From positions 62,001 to 126,000 of the forward strand of contig OZ374562.1 in assembly GCA_977862235.1 (NCBI GenBank): 64,000 nt of DNA. The letters run 5' to 3'. Each line of letters opens with the position of its first letter. The first letter of the stretch is position 1. The notes under the pieces are model-generated. The model saw only the letters and a program-made list of their open reading frames with translations. It was not told the DNA's origin and searched no databases. The stretch comes from Dudresnaya verticillata. Lineage: Eukaryota. Shown piece by piece: positions 12,051-23,335 of the stretch. The position numbers and the translations under genes are program-made.

Positions 12051-13455
12051 GGCCAAACTGGAAGGTCAGGGGGAGTAGGTAATTCTCATGTGCCCTGCGA
12101 GTCGCTCTTCACCCCTGTACAAAAATATATACAGCACCTGTAGCCTTTACAACATCATGTTCCAGAATATAGCTTACCTTCACGGGATATGGTGTAGCGG
12201 AAAAGCAGTGTCATGACAAAACCTGAAGAATACCTTTAGAGGATGCTTCGCCCTCCCTAGTAAGAACATGCCCATCGACACGACCCTAAAAACTACTGAA
12301 ACCTATCCGTATTCGATTTACACTCGCCGACAGCGGTAAATCGCGGTGCTTCCCTAAGCCTCTCTGTAACGCGCCCGTCGACGGTGCCCGCAAGTTTACG
12401 ATTCATCGCCCTGCCCTTAACGTGCTCGCTTCGCATATACTTGAAAGAATGTCCTCTCCCTTCAGGCCAGGAAAGATGAAAGGAGAAAGGCGTGAAAGGA
12501 GAAGGGCATCGCATGAGTCTGGAGTATCGTCGTACCTTCGAGAAGAAAACTAGCTCGAGTCATCTCTCAAAGGTTTTGAAACCATACAATACAACTTCAC
12601 AGAGAATCGACGCTCATTATCGATCGCATTGCTTAGACTATAATCAATGCTTTCACGCATAGTACGCTTACTTCGAGACTGAGGAGATGAACGCATACTA
12701 CATTATGTTCGCATTTCCGGTGTCATCTTTGAGTGACGTATTGATTTTACTGTTTGACTCCTGCTATCGAAATGACTTATTTATGACTCCTATCTCGATT
12801 CGAAAATGTTATCCCTGTACTCTGTGTGACATTGCCGTGAGTAAGCCAAGCCGTGATGAGAGTAAATCACTCCAATTTTGCTATTGATACCATGAACTTG
12901 ATATCCCTTCTTGCCTCACCGAAGATGATGATGCAAACCTTTAAAGAGAAGAGTATGCCCTCTGAGCGCTGGTCTTGAAGCGGGATTTTAGCGATTTTCC
13001 GATACTAGGGTCTGTCGTGATTTCTTGTAGGAAGCATTTACCCTCTTAAATATCTGAGGTTAGCAGGCTCATTATCCCGAAACATCCAGCATTACCCCCG
13101 CTAACAAAACTACTGCATATTTCATGTCTGTCGTGCTGAAGCAGACGTGGACAATAGCAATGACTTTACCAGAACTCTTGAGTAGAGGTACGTGAAGATG
13201 GTAGTATACTAGTGACCCAGCAGTTGTCTATAACAGAGGGTAGGTCCAATGCAAGAAATTAGCCAAGCTCCTCCTGATTCCAGGAGAGTGTGGTAGGCTC
13301 TTTGATAGCCGGACATGCTGGGGAAAATTTGTGCGCCTGTACCCATTTCACATATCAGTCAGATGCTAATGAGACTTTAAAAGCGTCACAGGCACCTGAC
13401 TATTCTATTCCATCGGAAATCCTTGCCATCCGCATGGAATACGTCAACTATTCCG

Positions 13456-14256
13456 CTAGAAACCATCCGTTGTCGTACGACGCGATTGAGGAGACTGTTC
13501 GGTTCCTGAATTTGGAAGAAGAAGGGAAAGTTGAATTTTTACATCTTTCATTCGAATGCCTTGCGTAAATATGTGCAATGACATGGAAATGAGGATGACA
13601 TACTCTCCAACTGCAAGGATATCATCATTGGTGAAGACTCCAACTGCCCCAGCAATCGTACCGATAGTCACAAAAGCGGCACATATCCAAAGAGCGATAA
13701 CTGTCCATTCCCGATCTATAGAAGGAGGAGGCACCCAGGTAATGCATAGAACCCATACGAGAACAGCAAAGACTCCTGTCATTGCGATGGAATAATGGGC
13801 CCTTGTCTCTACAAACAGTGCAGATGAGATGCAGAGCAGAAGCGCCGAAAGAAGAATAGAGTAATATCCCACATTTACAATACGCCGTCGTAGGACAGTC
13901 GTTTCTCCTCTTTGGAAAATATGTACCAACGAAGCTAGTACAACAGTAGCTGAAATAGATAACGTGAGCGCAAGCACGTAAAATGGGTGTTGAAATCTGT
14001 TTCGTGTTGCATCGGATATGGTAGGAATTGATGATGGTGCTCCTTGAGTGTCGTTTTTGGAGCCTTTCACAAGGTGTGTTACGAAAACGTTAACAAACGA
14101 CGTTGCAAGCAAACTTGCTGCACTGAAATAGGCTAGAGGGGATACACGAAGTTTGAAATCTTGATGTTCTCTTGGCCTCGACTGAATGTTGTTAAGTATA
14201 GCAGTAGCTGGTGATGGTTTTTGAGCAAGGCCTGGAAGACCAGGAGGGGAATCCAT
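13456..14256 (-). CDS. Hypothetical multi-pass membrane protein
   Basis: 266-aa ORF from ATG 14256, in a region otherwise lacking long ORFs. It has about 6 hydrophobic segments separated by short polar loops. Confidence 0.55.
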   Translation of the reverse strand: MDSPPGLPGLAQKPSPATAILNNIQSRPREHQDFKLRVSPLAYFSAASLLATSFVNVFVTHLVKGSKNDTQGAPSSIPTISDATRNRFQHPFYVLALTLSISATVVLASLVHIFQRGETTVLRRRIVNVGYYSILLSALLLCISSALFVETRAHYSIAMTGVFAVLVWVLCITWVPPPSIDREWTVIALWICAAFVTIGTIAGAVGVFTNDDILAVGEYVILISMSLHIFTQGIRMKDVKIQLSLLLPNSGTEQSPQSRRTTTDGF

Positions 14257-16132
14257 CACTAAAAGCAGGGAAAAGGAACGATGGCCAATGTGGGGCGAGG
14301 TAGGAAGATGAAAGGTGGCTCCAATAGTCAGAAGGGTATGCTCTGTTAAGGGGAGGTGCAGTTAAGTGTGCTGATATAGCCTTCTGTTTGCCACTGCTGC
14401 CGCGAGCGGAAGTCATGATAATACTCTGTGCTGCTGTATTATTTTACTTTGTTTCAATTCATAATGATTTGCTTTTCGATAGTGCCGGTCGTTGATGCGA
14501 TACAACGTACGGTATCTCGTATCCATGAACATGAACATCATGCCTCGCGAAAAGCGCGCTTGTACTGATTCTCGTCGGGTACTGGAAGGGTCTTCAAAAG
14601 GCAATATTACCGATATTTGACGGATTCCTCGGAGTCGAGCTGGTGCAGAAGCAAGCCATTCTGCCTGTCGAAGGCCTTCGTTGAGGATGGAGAAAGAAAA
14701 TAGATGTAGGTAGTACCTAGTAGCTAAATTATTAACTGTACACATGCAATAGAGTTTTATTGAACAAAGAACAACTGGTCTGAGTGTTATCACTTTACAA
14801 TTCGTAATGCTCCGGACCAAAACAGTGCATACTGAATAGAAAAGGCGTGTTATCGACAAAACTAGAACACTCCGCGATAGAGTTCTTTTTGGTGATTTGA
14901 TGTGAACAACGCTTCCCGCCTACCAACTGTTGCTACAGTACACAAGTTTTGTGTACCCACCCGCTATAGTGGTGAATGCGGCTCTGCGCGGCGGCCCCAG
15001 GCAGCCGACAACAGCCAATGCGAAGCGAACTGAAAAGATTTTTATTGACGGAACTACGCTTCTGCCGCTCAAGAGGCAAGAGGATGGGCTAGATGTGTTG
15101 TGCGTGATAGAGAGGGAGAGGGAGGGAACTGAAGCAAAACATAAACAGGCCGTTCAGCATTGCATTGTTCTAGAGCGGCCGTTCTCCCATGGCCTTTCTC
15201 ACTCTTCAGACAGGTTATACATTGCAGCTCGATCGTGTTCATGGCGTCATCCCGTGGCTTTATTGGAACGATCACAGGTGAGAGAACTACAGCGGCGACG
15301 TTTTCAGGCACCTTTTTTGAGGAGATGTCGTTACATGCTTGCGCAATGGGCATATGTTTTGCTCCGAGAGCAGAATGCAATGCAAGACGAGAACAGTCAG
15401 GATATTCTCAGTGGTGCATTACTGTATTTTATTGCGTCTATAACGCGCAAAATTGCGTGGGAGACTTACAAGGCTAACATGGCGGCACACGATGTGCACT
15501 GCGCGAATGATTACCAACGGCGTGTTTTGTAGCTTGGACGCGTCTCTTCTGCAGCGTCACCCCTCTTGTGCCGATTGTGATGGTGAACTTCATTCAATGC
15601 TTAAGGTGAGCTTACGCGAGCAATTCAATGAACTGCGATATTGTACTTTTGTTGACTCCCTGCTGCATGTCTAGACGGTATCGAGGTTTCAGTGGCTCTG
15701 GTTGAAACATTGCAGGGATCGTTGCAGTATCATCAGGTCTTTTTGCGGTCGTTATGTTCCGCTTTCCATGAGAATCTGTCTGACCGAGTTCCGCATGTCT
15801 AGCAGTTCTTGCCGGGTGGGCGTTGTCTTTGAGAGGGCTCGCACACTTGCACTGGCAATTCACGACCTTCTTCGTTATGTTTTGCCTCTCGGTGGTTAGC
15901 ACATACCGTGAAAAGACACCAAAGGCAACTACCAGGCTCTGACTGATCTAGGGCTGTAGGTTATAATTTGTTTGTTCTTCTATCGATTGGTTGCATTTTG
16001 CTAGGGCGATACTACGCAATTCGCTATCACAGGCAATTTTCGACTGCCGTCGCAGTACCTGTTCAAACAGATGGCGTAGATACTTGACATACTGTTCTAC
16101 AGCTGTATAACATTGTTGCAGCCCAGCGTTGT

Positions 16133-16583
16133 TCGGGAATTGACACTCGATCACTCCACCGCTTTCTTACCATTTGAATTCTACTTGTTACGGTATCGCA
16201 CCTCTGTATCTGGCGTCGCTAGAAGCGACACCGTCGAGCCTCGCAATACCACAACGAAGGTATGGCGGGGGACAGTCCCAATTGAAAAGCGTGCGAGAGA
16301 AAGCGTTCGAGAGAGTGTACGAGCACACCTGGATGTCCTCCACGCACCAGTACAGTTGGCCGAGTTGAGCATCGATGGCTCCGGGGACGGTTTCCGCACC
16401 ACAACCATTCCCAGAGCGTGGGAGCAATGTGGAAAAGCAGTAGACGGGCGCGAAGACCAACGCTACGAAACAGTAGTCACAACCCACGGTCTGACAAATA
16501 CTATACATAGTGGAGGAGCGGTGTCAAACTTTATTTCTGACGCGCAGCCGCTTTTGGTAGAGTGGTAGAGTGTCAATTCCCGA
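16133..16583. mobile_element. Non-autonomous DNA transposon (MITE), 451 bp
   Basis: 28-bp terminal inverted repeats with 25/28 matches: TCGGGAATTGACACTCGATCACTCCACC (16133-16160) vs GGTAGAGTGGTAGAGTGTCAATTCCCGA (16556-16583). No transposase is recognisable inside. Confidence 0.7.
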
Positions 16584-17462
16584 GTCCACCCACTGAATAC
16601 CGGACTTGCTTCGCTTCAAGCTTCAAGCCGACGTTTGACCACACTGCACCGTGCGTTACGCCTAGCCACCTCATGGGCAGACGATTAACTGGCCTAGAAG
16701 TGTAAACTTAATACTAACGCACCCTCTCTCTCTCTCTCTTTCTCACTCTCTCACTCCCGTCAATGAGGGTCTCCAACAGGACGTGCAAAGCTATTCGGTG
16801 CAGCTACAATCATTTGCATATCTGAAACGGCAGGTGGCAACAATTGCTATCACTTTGAGAAGGTGAACGTCATTGTGCAGAATGGGCAGAAGAAAAAACT
16901 AGGATCAGAGCTGCACAGGGATGACTCTATGGTGGGATCAAGCTTCATACCGGTGGAAGGAACGCCATCGGGCGCGTAGCTTGCGCGCCGGGCTTCGCGT
17001 ACCGCCGGCGTGCCACCACCCTGGGTCCGGGCGTCACCGTCGTGCGCTGCTGGTGCGGCATCGATGGCTCTTGCAGACGCCGCTGCGACTGCAGGAGCCC
17101 AACTTACTTCGCATGGAACCGGCCCGCTTTGACGCTGTTTCCTCTCCGGCGGGTGGGGAGAGCGGGACAAGGGAGCACGGGATCGATAGGTGCAGTGGCG
17201 CGGGTGGTTGAACACGACGTTGCTCGGCGCACCCACCAAGCTTTTCTGTAAGACGTTTTATACTGTAATGTACGACCGCCATCGTCGGCGCCCGCAGCGC
17301 ATCATCGACGGTGGTTCGGATCACGCGCCGACCCGGAACAACACCTCCTCCCCAATTGTGCCTTTGCGCCGTTGCAGTGACGTGCTCGTCACAGCCCGCC
17401 CCCGGAACCGATCTTCGATCCTCCTGCGACAACCTCTCCGATCGCCTCGAGTCCCGCCCGCT

Positions 17463-18722
17463 ATGTTCCGCCTGCCGCAGCTTGCCGCGCGTGCCGCGCG
17501 TGCCGCGCGCCTGGCGCGTGCGCCGAGCCGCGGCTTCGCGGAGGCCTTCCAGCGCACTAAGCCGCATCTCAACGTTGGCACCATCGGCCACGTCGACCAC
17601 GGCAAGACCACGCTCACGGCCGCCATCACAAAGGTCCTGGCAGAGTCTGGCGGCGCCACCTTTACGGACTATGAGCAGATCGATAAGGCCCCGGAGGAGA
17701 AGCAGCGTGGCATCACCATCTCCACCGCGCATGTTGAGTATGAAACTGACAATCGTCACTACGCCCATGTCGACTGCCCTGGACATGCTGACTATGTCAA
17801 AAACATGATTACCGGCGCGGCGCAGATGGACGGCGCGATTCTCGTCGTGTCTGCCGCCGATGGCCCTATGCCGCAGACCCGGGAGCATATCCTACTTGCG
17901 AGGCAGGTCGGCGTCCCGCATATTGTCGTTTTCTTGAACAAGTGTGACATGGTTGATGACGAGGAGCTTGTTGAGCTTGTCGAGATGGAGGTCCGCGACC
18001 TGCTTTCATTCTACAAGTTCCCCGGTGACGATACTCCGATTGTGCGCGGCAGCGCCCTGCAAGCGCTGCAGGGTGGCGACATTGCCATTGGCAGGGATGC
18101 TGTTCTCAACCTCATGGGACACGTCGACGAGCATATTCCAGAGCCGCAACGCGATCTGGACAAGCCATTCTTGATGAGCGTGGAGGATGTCTTCTCCATC
18201 CAGGGTCGTGGCACGGTTGTCACCGGACGCGTCGAACAGGGCACTATTCAGGCGGGACAGGATGTCGAGATTGTTGGGCTTAAGGATACCGTCAAAGTCG
18301 CGTGCACGGGCGTCGAGATGTTCAAGAAGAGCCTGGACAAGGGACAGGCGGGTGACAACTTGGGCTGTTTGCTGCGCGGCATCAAGAGAGAGGACGTGCA
18401 TCGGGGGCAGGTGCTGTGCCAACCTGGGACCATCAAGTCGTATAACAAGTTCGAAGCAGAGATTTACTGCCTGACGAAGGAGGAGGGCGGCCGCCACAAG
18501 CCGTTCTTCACCAACTACTCGCCACAGTTTTACTTCCGGACTGCGGATATCACGGGGAAGATGATCCTGCCAGATGACGTGCAGATGGTCATGCCAGGCG
18601 ATAACGTAACGTGTACTGCGGAGCTTTTTAACGAGGTGGCCATGATGGAGGGGTTGAGATTTGCTGTGCGGGAAGGGGGGCGGACGATTGGGGCTGGTGT
18701 CGTCACCAAGCTGATCGAGTAA
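17463..18722 (+). CDS. tufM: Elongation factor Tu, mitochondrial
   Basis: Arg/Ala-rich presequence [16 protein letters not shown]. Motifs [32 protein letters not shown] and NKCD, ending [10 protein letters not shown]. Confidence 0.97.
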   Translation: MFRLPQLAARAARAARLARAPSRGFAEAFQRTKPHLNVGTIGHVDHGKTTLTAAITKVLAESGGATFTDYEQIDKAPEEKQRGITISTAHVEYETDNRHYAHVDCPGHADYVKNMITGAAQMDGAILVVSAADGPMPQTREHILLARQVGVPHIVVFLNKCDMVDDEELVELVEMEVRDLLSFYKFPGDDTPIVRGSALQALQGGDIAIGRDAVLNLMGHVDEHIPEPQRDLDKPFLMSVEDVFSIQGRGTVVTGRVEQGTIQAGQDVEIVGLKDTVKVACTGVEMFKKSLDKGQAGDNLGCLLRGIKREDVHRGQVLCQPGTIKSYNKFEAEIYCLTKEEGGRHKPFFTNYSPQFYFRTADITGKMILPDDVQMVMPGDNVTCTAELFNEVAMMEGLRFAVREGGRTIGAGVVTKLIE

Positions 18723-19033
18723 GCGCGGGAAAGAGAGTTGCGTTTTCGCGTTGTAAACATTGCACCAGGTAACAGTAAATGGAGAGTGTGTATTGGACGC
18801 AGTTTTGAGACTTAAGGTACGAGGGCGTTCTAAAGTCGACAGGTTAGGTTCCATGTATTTGTAGGAAGGCAAGCGGGCTCGGCGGCGGCACGTTGCGGGT
18901 GTTAGTCACTCATATCGGGGTCCAACTAAAACTAGCGTAGTGTCTGATAAGCGCTCTTCGAAGAGTTTGGCACGGGGAATAGACAAACGATTTGTCATGC
19001 AGAAAGAGACAGATGAGCAGCGAGAAGGGCCCG

Positions 19034-19744
19034 TCATGGCAACTCAGCAATGGCATCCATTAATGCAGCCAGGAATCGGGTTTGGGTGTGGACCGGGACG
19101 ACACTAACGGGCGGAACATGGACGAAGAGGGCGGACACATCGCAGTGTTGTGCTTGTGCCATCTCCAGCGAGTTGTAGTATACCCAGTTGCACACAAAGC
19201 GGCCTGCATCCATGGATAGGTCGACCTTGAAGCCCTGTACACGCAGGCGGTCCAGCAATGGGTCAAGAGCGAGGGTAGTAGTGCGAGTGGCCGAGATATC
19301 CTGGTTGGCGGAGTCAATAGGGTGCTTGATGGGCGTCCAGCCAAGCTCATCGGGGCATGAGAAGGTGGCCTCGTTGCGGGCCTGAACCTCGAGGAAGAAG
19401 CGGTCGACGGAAACGTTGACTCCGAGGTGCAGGAAGACGGTGCGGGAGCTGGGGGAAGGGACAGGGAGCGAAGCATACATGTCGGACAGCTCCGTGCGGG
19501 TTGTTTTGGCGGAGACTTTGAGGACGCGGGACGATGCCAGGGAGGCGGCGTCACTAAGCGGGCTGCCAGACAGATGCTTCGGCAGAGCCCGCACGACCAG
19601 CTCGGTTGGGTTGACCGGGACGTTGTGAAAACGTTGGAAGCCCGTTACATGGAAAAGGGTGATGGAGGTGTCGCGCTCTTCGCGATGGTCCGAGACGGGA
19701 CGTTGCAGGTCTTGCAGCAGGGTTGGAGACGGTACGGTACCCAT
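19034..19744 (-). CDS. Pyroglutamyl-peptidase I (peptidase C15)
   Basis: ATG at 19744. Motifs HVTGFQRFHNVPVNPT, LHLGV, LEVQARNEA (Glu), SMDAGRFVCN (Cys) and LFVHVPP (His). Confidence 0.92.
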   Translation of the reverse strand: MGTVPSPTLLQDLQRPVSDHREERDTSITLFHVTGFQRFHNVPVNPTELVVRALPKHLSGSPLSDAASLASSRVLKVSAKTTRTELSDMYASLPVPSPSSRTVFLHLGVNVSVDRFFLEVQARNEATFSCPDELGWTPIKHPIDSANQDISATRTTTLALDPLLDRLRVQGFKVDLSMDAGRFVCNWVYYNSLEMAQAQHCDVSALFVHVPPVSVVPVHTQTRFLAALMDAIAELP

Positions 19745-20088
19745 GGTGGGTGGCGAGTGTGAAGGGACGCGGAGCTCAGGCGTGGGTGGGGGGAGGTGGG
19801 GAAAGGCGGCGGGTGGGACGGGTCCTATGCTATTTGTACGGAGACCTGGAGGGCCGTTGGAGGGCACTGCTGCGCAATGTGGCGGGAGGATGGTGATTTT
19901 TGTTGACTGGCCGGTCGCGGGCCAATGGCGCACCAGTAATCGGGCGGAATATCTGCTGCAGATATTTCATGACGGTGTCGTTTCGCGGCGACAAGTTCGG
20001 CGACGAAGCGACACGCATTGCACCGTCATCGCCGTCAACGGCGCTCGTGATGTTCTCTTCTGCTCAGCGCTCACACTCGGCGCCCTGC

Positions 20089-21138
20089 TCAATGCTCCGC
20101 TCCCCCATTGTTGACTCCGTTCGCTTCGACAACCTCCCCTTCCGCCGCGAACACCTCGCCCATCCCCGCCAGCCGCGAAGCAACGCCCCTCAGGACGCCC
20201 ACTGTAGCCGGCAGCCCGTCCCGCCACCCGCGCCGCAGCACGTACCGCACGGCCTCATCCTCGGCGCGCGCTCGTTCCACCATCGCCTGCAGAAACAGCT
20301 GCACCACGGCGCCGATCTTCTTCGTAAACCGCCTTCTCCCCCTCCATCGCGCCTCCTCAAACATCCCACGCGCCGCCTCCTGCACCCGTTCCGTCTCAAC
20401 CGGGACCACCCGGCGGCGCTCTCGTCCATCCTCCAGCAACGTCACGAAAGTCGTCTCACCGGCAATCTCGCTGACAAACGCAGCGCGTTTGTGCACGTCT
20501 CGTACGCCGTCCGCGCGGCGCACTGCACCGCGTGCGGCGTGGCGCACCTCGGCCACGGAGAGCGCCTGCGTGACGGGCAGACGGACGCGGAGCAGGCGGC
20601 GGTCGTGGTCGAAATGGGTAGCGGCGGGCGGGCACGCGGCACGCACGTGCGCGAAGACACAGCCGTCGCGGGTGAGCCAGGCGTCGGTGACGCTGCCATC
20701 AAAGTATACCAGTGTGGCCGGCAGTACGCGGCGCGGCGCCCAGGGTACGGCGACCGTGGTGACGTTGGACGGCTTCAGCCAGGCGTGGTACCATCCTTCC
20801 CAGCACGGCATGCTCATTGCGGTGAAGTCGTCGGCGTCCGCGTGCGGCGGGAAGCGCGTATACGTGTGGTAGACGAAGACGCATAAATGTCGTGTCAGGG
20901 CGTCTGGGAAGAACGACGGGTTGGAGAAGAGCGAGGTAAGGGACTCTGTGCGGATGGAAGCGTCACACTCACACGTTGCCCAGGTCGCTCTGCACAGGCC
21001 GCAGCGGTTGTGTTGTTGCTGCTGCGAGAAGGTTTGCTCGGCGATCGACTCGGGCGGCGGATGATCCGGGAGCGCGGGGAACATATCCGCCGGGGAGAGG
21101 AAGCTATCTTGACCCGGTTCGGATGGTAGGGCGCACAT
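20089..21138 (-). CDS. Hypothetical protein of unknown family
   Basis: Long ORF with coding-like composition. A polyQ/CxxC N-terminus precedes a globular-looking region. The ATG at 21138 is the likely start; the ORF extends to 21213. Confidence 0.6.
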   Translation of the reverse strand: MCALPSEPGQDSFLSPADMFPALPDHPPPESIAEQTFSQQQQHNRCGLCRATWATCECDASIRTESLTSLFSNPSFFPDALTRHLCVFVYHTYTRFPPHADADDFTAMSMPCWEGWYHAWLKPSNVTTVAVPWAPRRVLPATLVYFDGSVTDAWLTRDGCVFAHVRAACPPAATHFDHDRRLLRVRLPVTQALSVAEVRHAARGAVRRADGVRDVHKRAAFVSEIAGETTFVTLLEDGRERRRVVPVETERVQEAARGMFEEARWRGRRRFTKKIGAVVQLFLQAMVERARAEDEAVRYVLRRGWRDGLPATVGVLRGVASRLAGMGEVFAAEGEVVEANGVNNGGAEH

Positions 21139-23335
21139 GGCTGCTTGGGATTGGGTTGGGCGAGGGGTGGTTGCGGTGGCATGGCGAGATGGAGCACTGG
21201 CGGTTTGAGGCAAGAGAGAGACGGATGCGAGAGCAGAGCCAGCGATAGGGAAACAGCGGCTGAGAAATGCCTCTGTGGAATTTCAGATTGGCAGATTGGC
21301 ATGACTGTTAGCTTTGCTTTTTAGCGGCTGCCTTTGTGCACCGTACCCCTTGCGAAGCTCGAAATCGTCACTACTAGAGATGACTGTACTGTACCAGAAA
21401 GAGGTAGGCCCTCAACGTTTGCCGACGCCAGTTTCTGATACTGTACCAACGGCGCCTGAAACAGTGTCTTGTCTTCGTTCAAGGGCGCAGACCGTACATC
21501 TTCCAGGATCCCATGCGCAGAGTCTAGAGAACCCGCCTGATTGACCTCGGATTGTCAGTGCCACATGCGTTAATGGCCAAGCCGTGTCAACATTCCGCTC
21601 GGCATTCGCGCGTGCCTGCTGACCTGACAGATGCTCAACAAAAGCACCCTATTTGTGCCGCTCTGTACACGCTCAACGCAACCTGCTCCTTCGAAAGCCA
21701 CATTGGCGATCGAGTCTTTGATACGAAAAGTGTTAGGCCCAGCGAAGGCACTTTGCGACACACACGAACAACAGCACTTGCGTTTCCGTATGATGCCAGC
21801 ACCAGGATCCAAGTCTCATTCTGAAAACATTGCATTGGTCTGTCACAACAAGCCCTGGGCACCATTTCCAAACCCTGTGGCATCTCATCTGCCTCACCTC
21901 GCTCTCAGCCTTTCCACCACACGCATAAGGACAGCTAGCACAGTCGCTCCGCTTCCGAACGCCATGCGTACCTCCTCACCTCTTAACCACCCTGCCCTAC
22001 CCAACCACTACCCGCCTCTGTCCCCTACAATGCGCGCCAAAGGAACACTGCTCTCTCTTCTGCTAATGGTCCGCCTAGCCTTATCGTCGTCAGCAACTCG
22101 TTGCTTGCAACGGCTTTGACCAGAAGGCGTCCCACAGCGCGGTGCGCCCGAAGCCATGCAGATTAAAATGACGGGAACACAACTGCGCAATCTCGTCTGC
22201 ACCAGGACACTTGTTCAGTGCTGCTACCTCGCCTTCGGCTCGTGTAACGGGAGGACTGATTGCAAGGGCAACTCGTGCTTCCCTTGAGTCGGGCCTTTAT
22301 AAACAGTAGGCTGTGGCAAACAAATTTGGCACTGTTCTGCGTTGTCGCGTTATGCAGTACAGTCCCCAATACGTGTGGTTTCCGTTTCGTGCACAATTCA
22401 TAGGCAACTTCGTCACAGCCCAACACATTCCAAAACAGCAGTTACATGTACTGTGGAGGGGAGAGCCGAGGGTACTGAGGCTCTACATGGAGTGTGAAAG
22501 AATCACGGTTAGCTATGAGGTCCATGGCTTGCAGAGCAGTTGTCTAACAGAGAGAGGGCTTAGATACGAAGGACCTTTTTCTACCCTCTCTCAAAAGCCA
22601 GGTCCCGTCCCCTAAAGAGGATGGCTTGACGCTGTCGGCGAGATGCCGCCACATTCTAGTTATTTCCAGGGATCTCTCGCACCCTCAGACTGCCGCTGGA
22701 TGGGAATCTTTCTCGTCGCAGCCAGCTCTGACTTTGCTGCTTCCACTATCACATTATTATGTATTCGTCGCTTTGGATACTTCCTTTATCGTTTCTTAAC
22801 GAGTTTCTATTTCCACAGCTGCTTCCAAGGGCTCAACGCTGATTCGACCACAGTTTGGCGAATAGCGATCACGACGATGTTCTTTCCGTTTCGGCTTGTT
22901 TGAACTCATTCTTTGAACCAGTTCTGAATCAAGAATGTTGACCCAGAATTGATGAGGCTAGCACTCCAAGTTAGCAGGACCGATATCTTACTGCTTGCAC
23001 CGTGTCAGAAAGAACTGGAAGAGCCATCTTTCCGTCTTGCAGTGGATATTCATGATTGGCCCATAGATCCTGAATATCATTCCGGTAGCAACAAATCAGC
23101 ATTTGCTTATTTTCGAGTGACTCAGGACATTTCATCCACCTCTTTGCAACTTTCAGTCTTGGTCGGGAGATCAACACCACATGCGGCACCGAGCCGTCGC
23201 ACACCAAGACAGCACATCAAGCCTGTCCAGAGGAACGCCTGCCCATCCCAGCGGTCGGAAAGGCTACGCGACGCCGCAGCTGCCGCAAAAGCTCAACCGA
23301 CCTTCTTCCTCTCAACCCTGCAACCGCCGAGCAGG

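Noticed and set aside
13290..13568. 92-aa plus-strand ORF with protein-like composition
   Set aside because: Non-ATG start, short, and overlaps the 3' end of the minus-strand membrane ORF.
17034..17888. 284-aa minus-strand ORF (also 18006-18872)
   Set aside because: Antisense shadow of the codon-biased EF-Tu gene.
19900..20886. 328-aa and 254-aa plus-strand ORFs
   Set aside because: They overlap the more protein-like minus-strand ORF and are GC-rich shadows.
22949..23335. N-terminal extensions from alternative starts (ThrRS here; likewise 17190, 28730, 33551, 42034)
   Set aside because: Produced by the ORF caller or by GC-rich stop-free UTRs. Downstream ATGs give sensible targeting peptides or domain starts.
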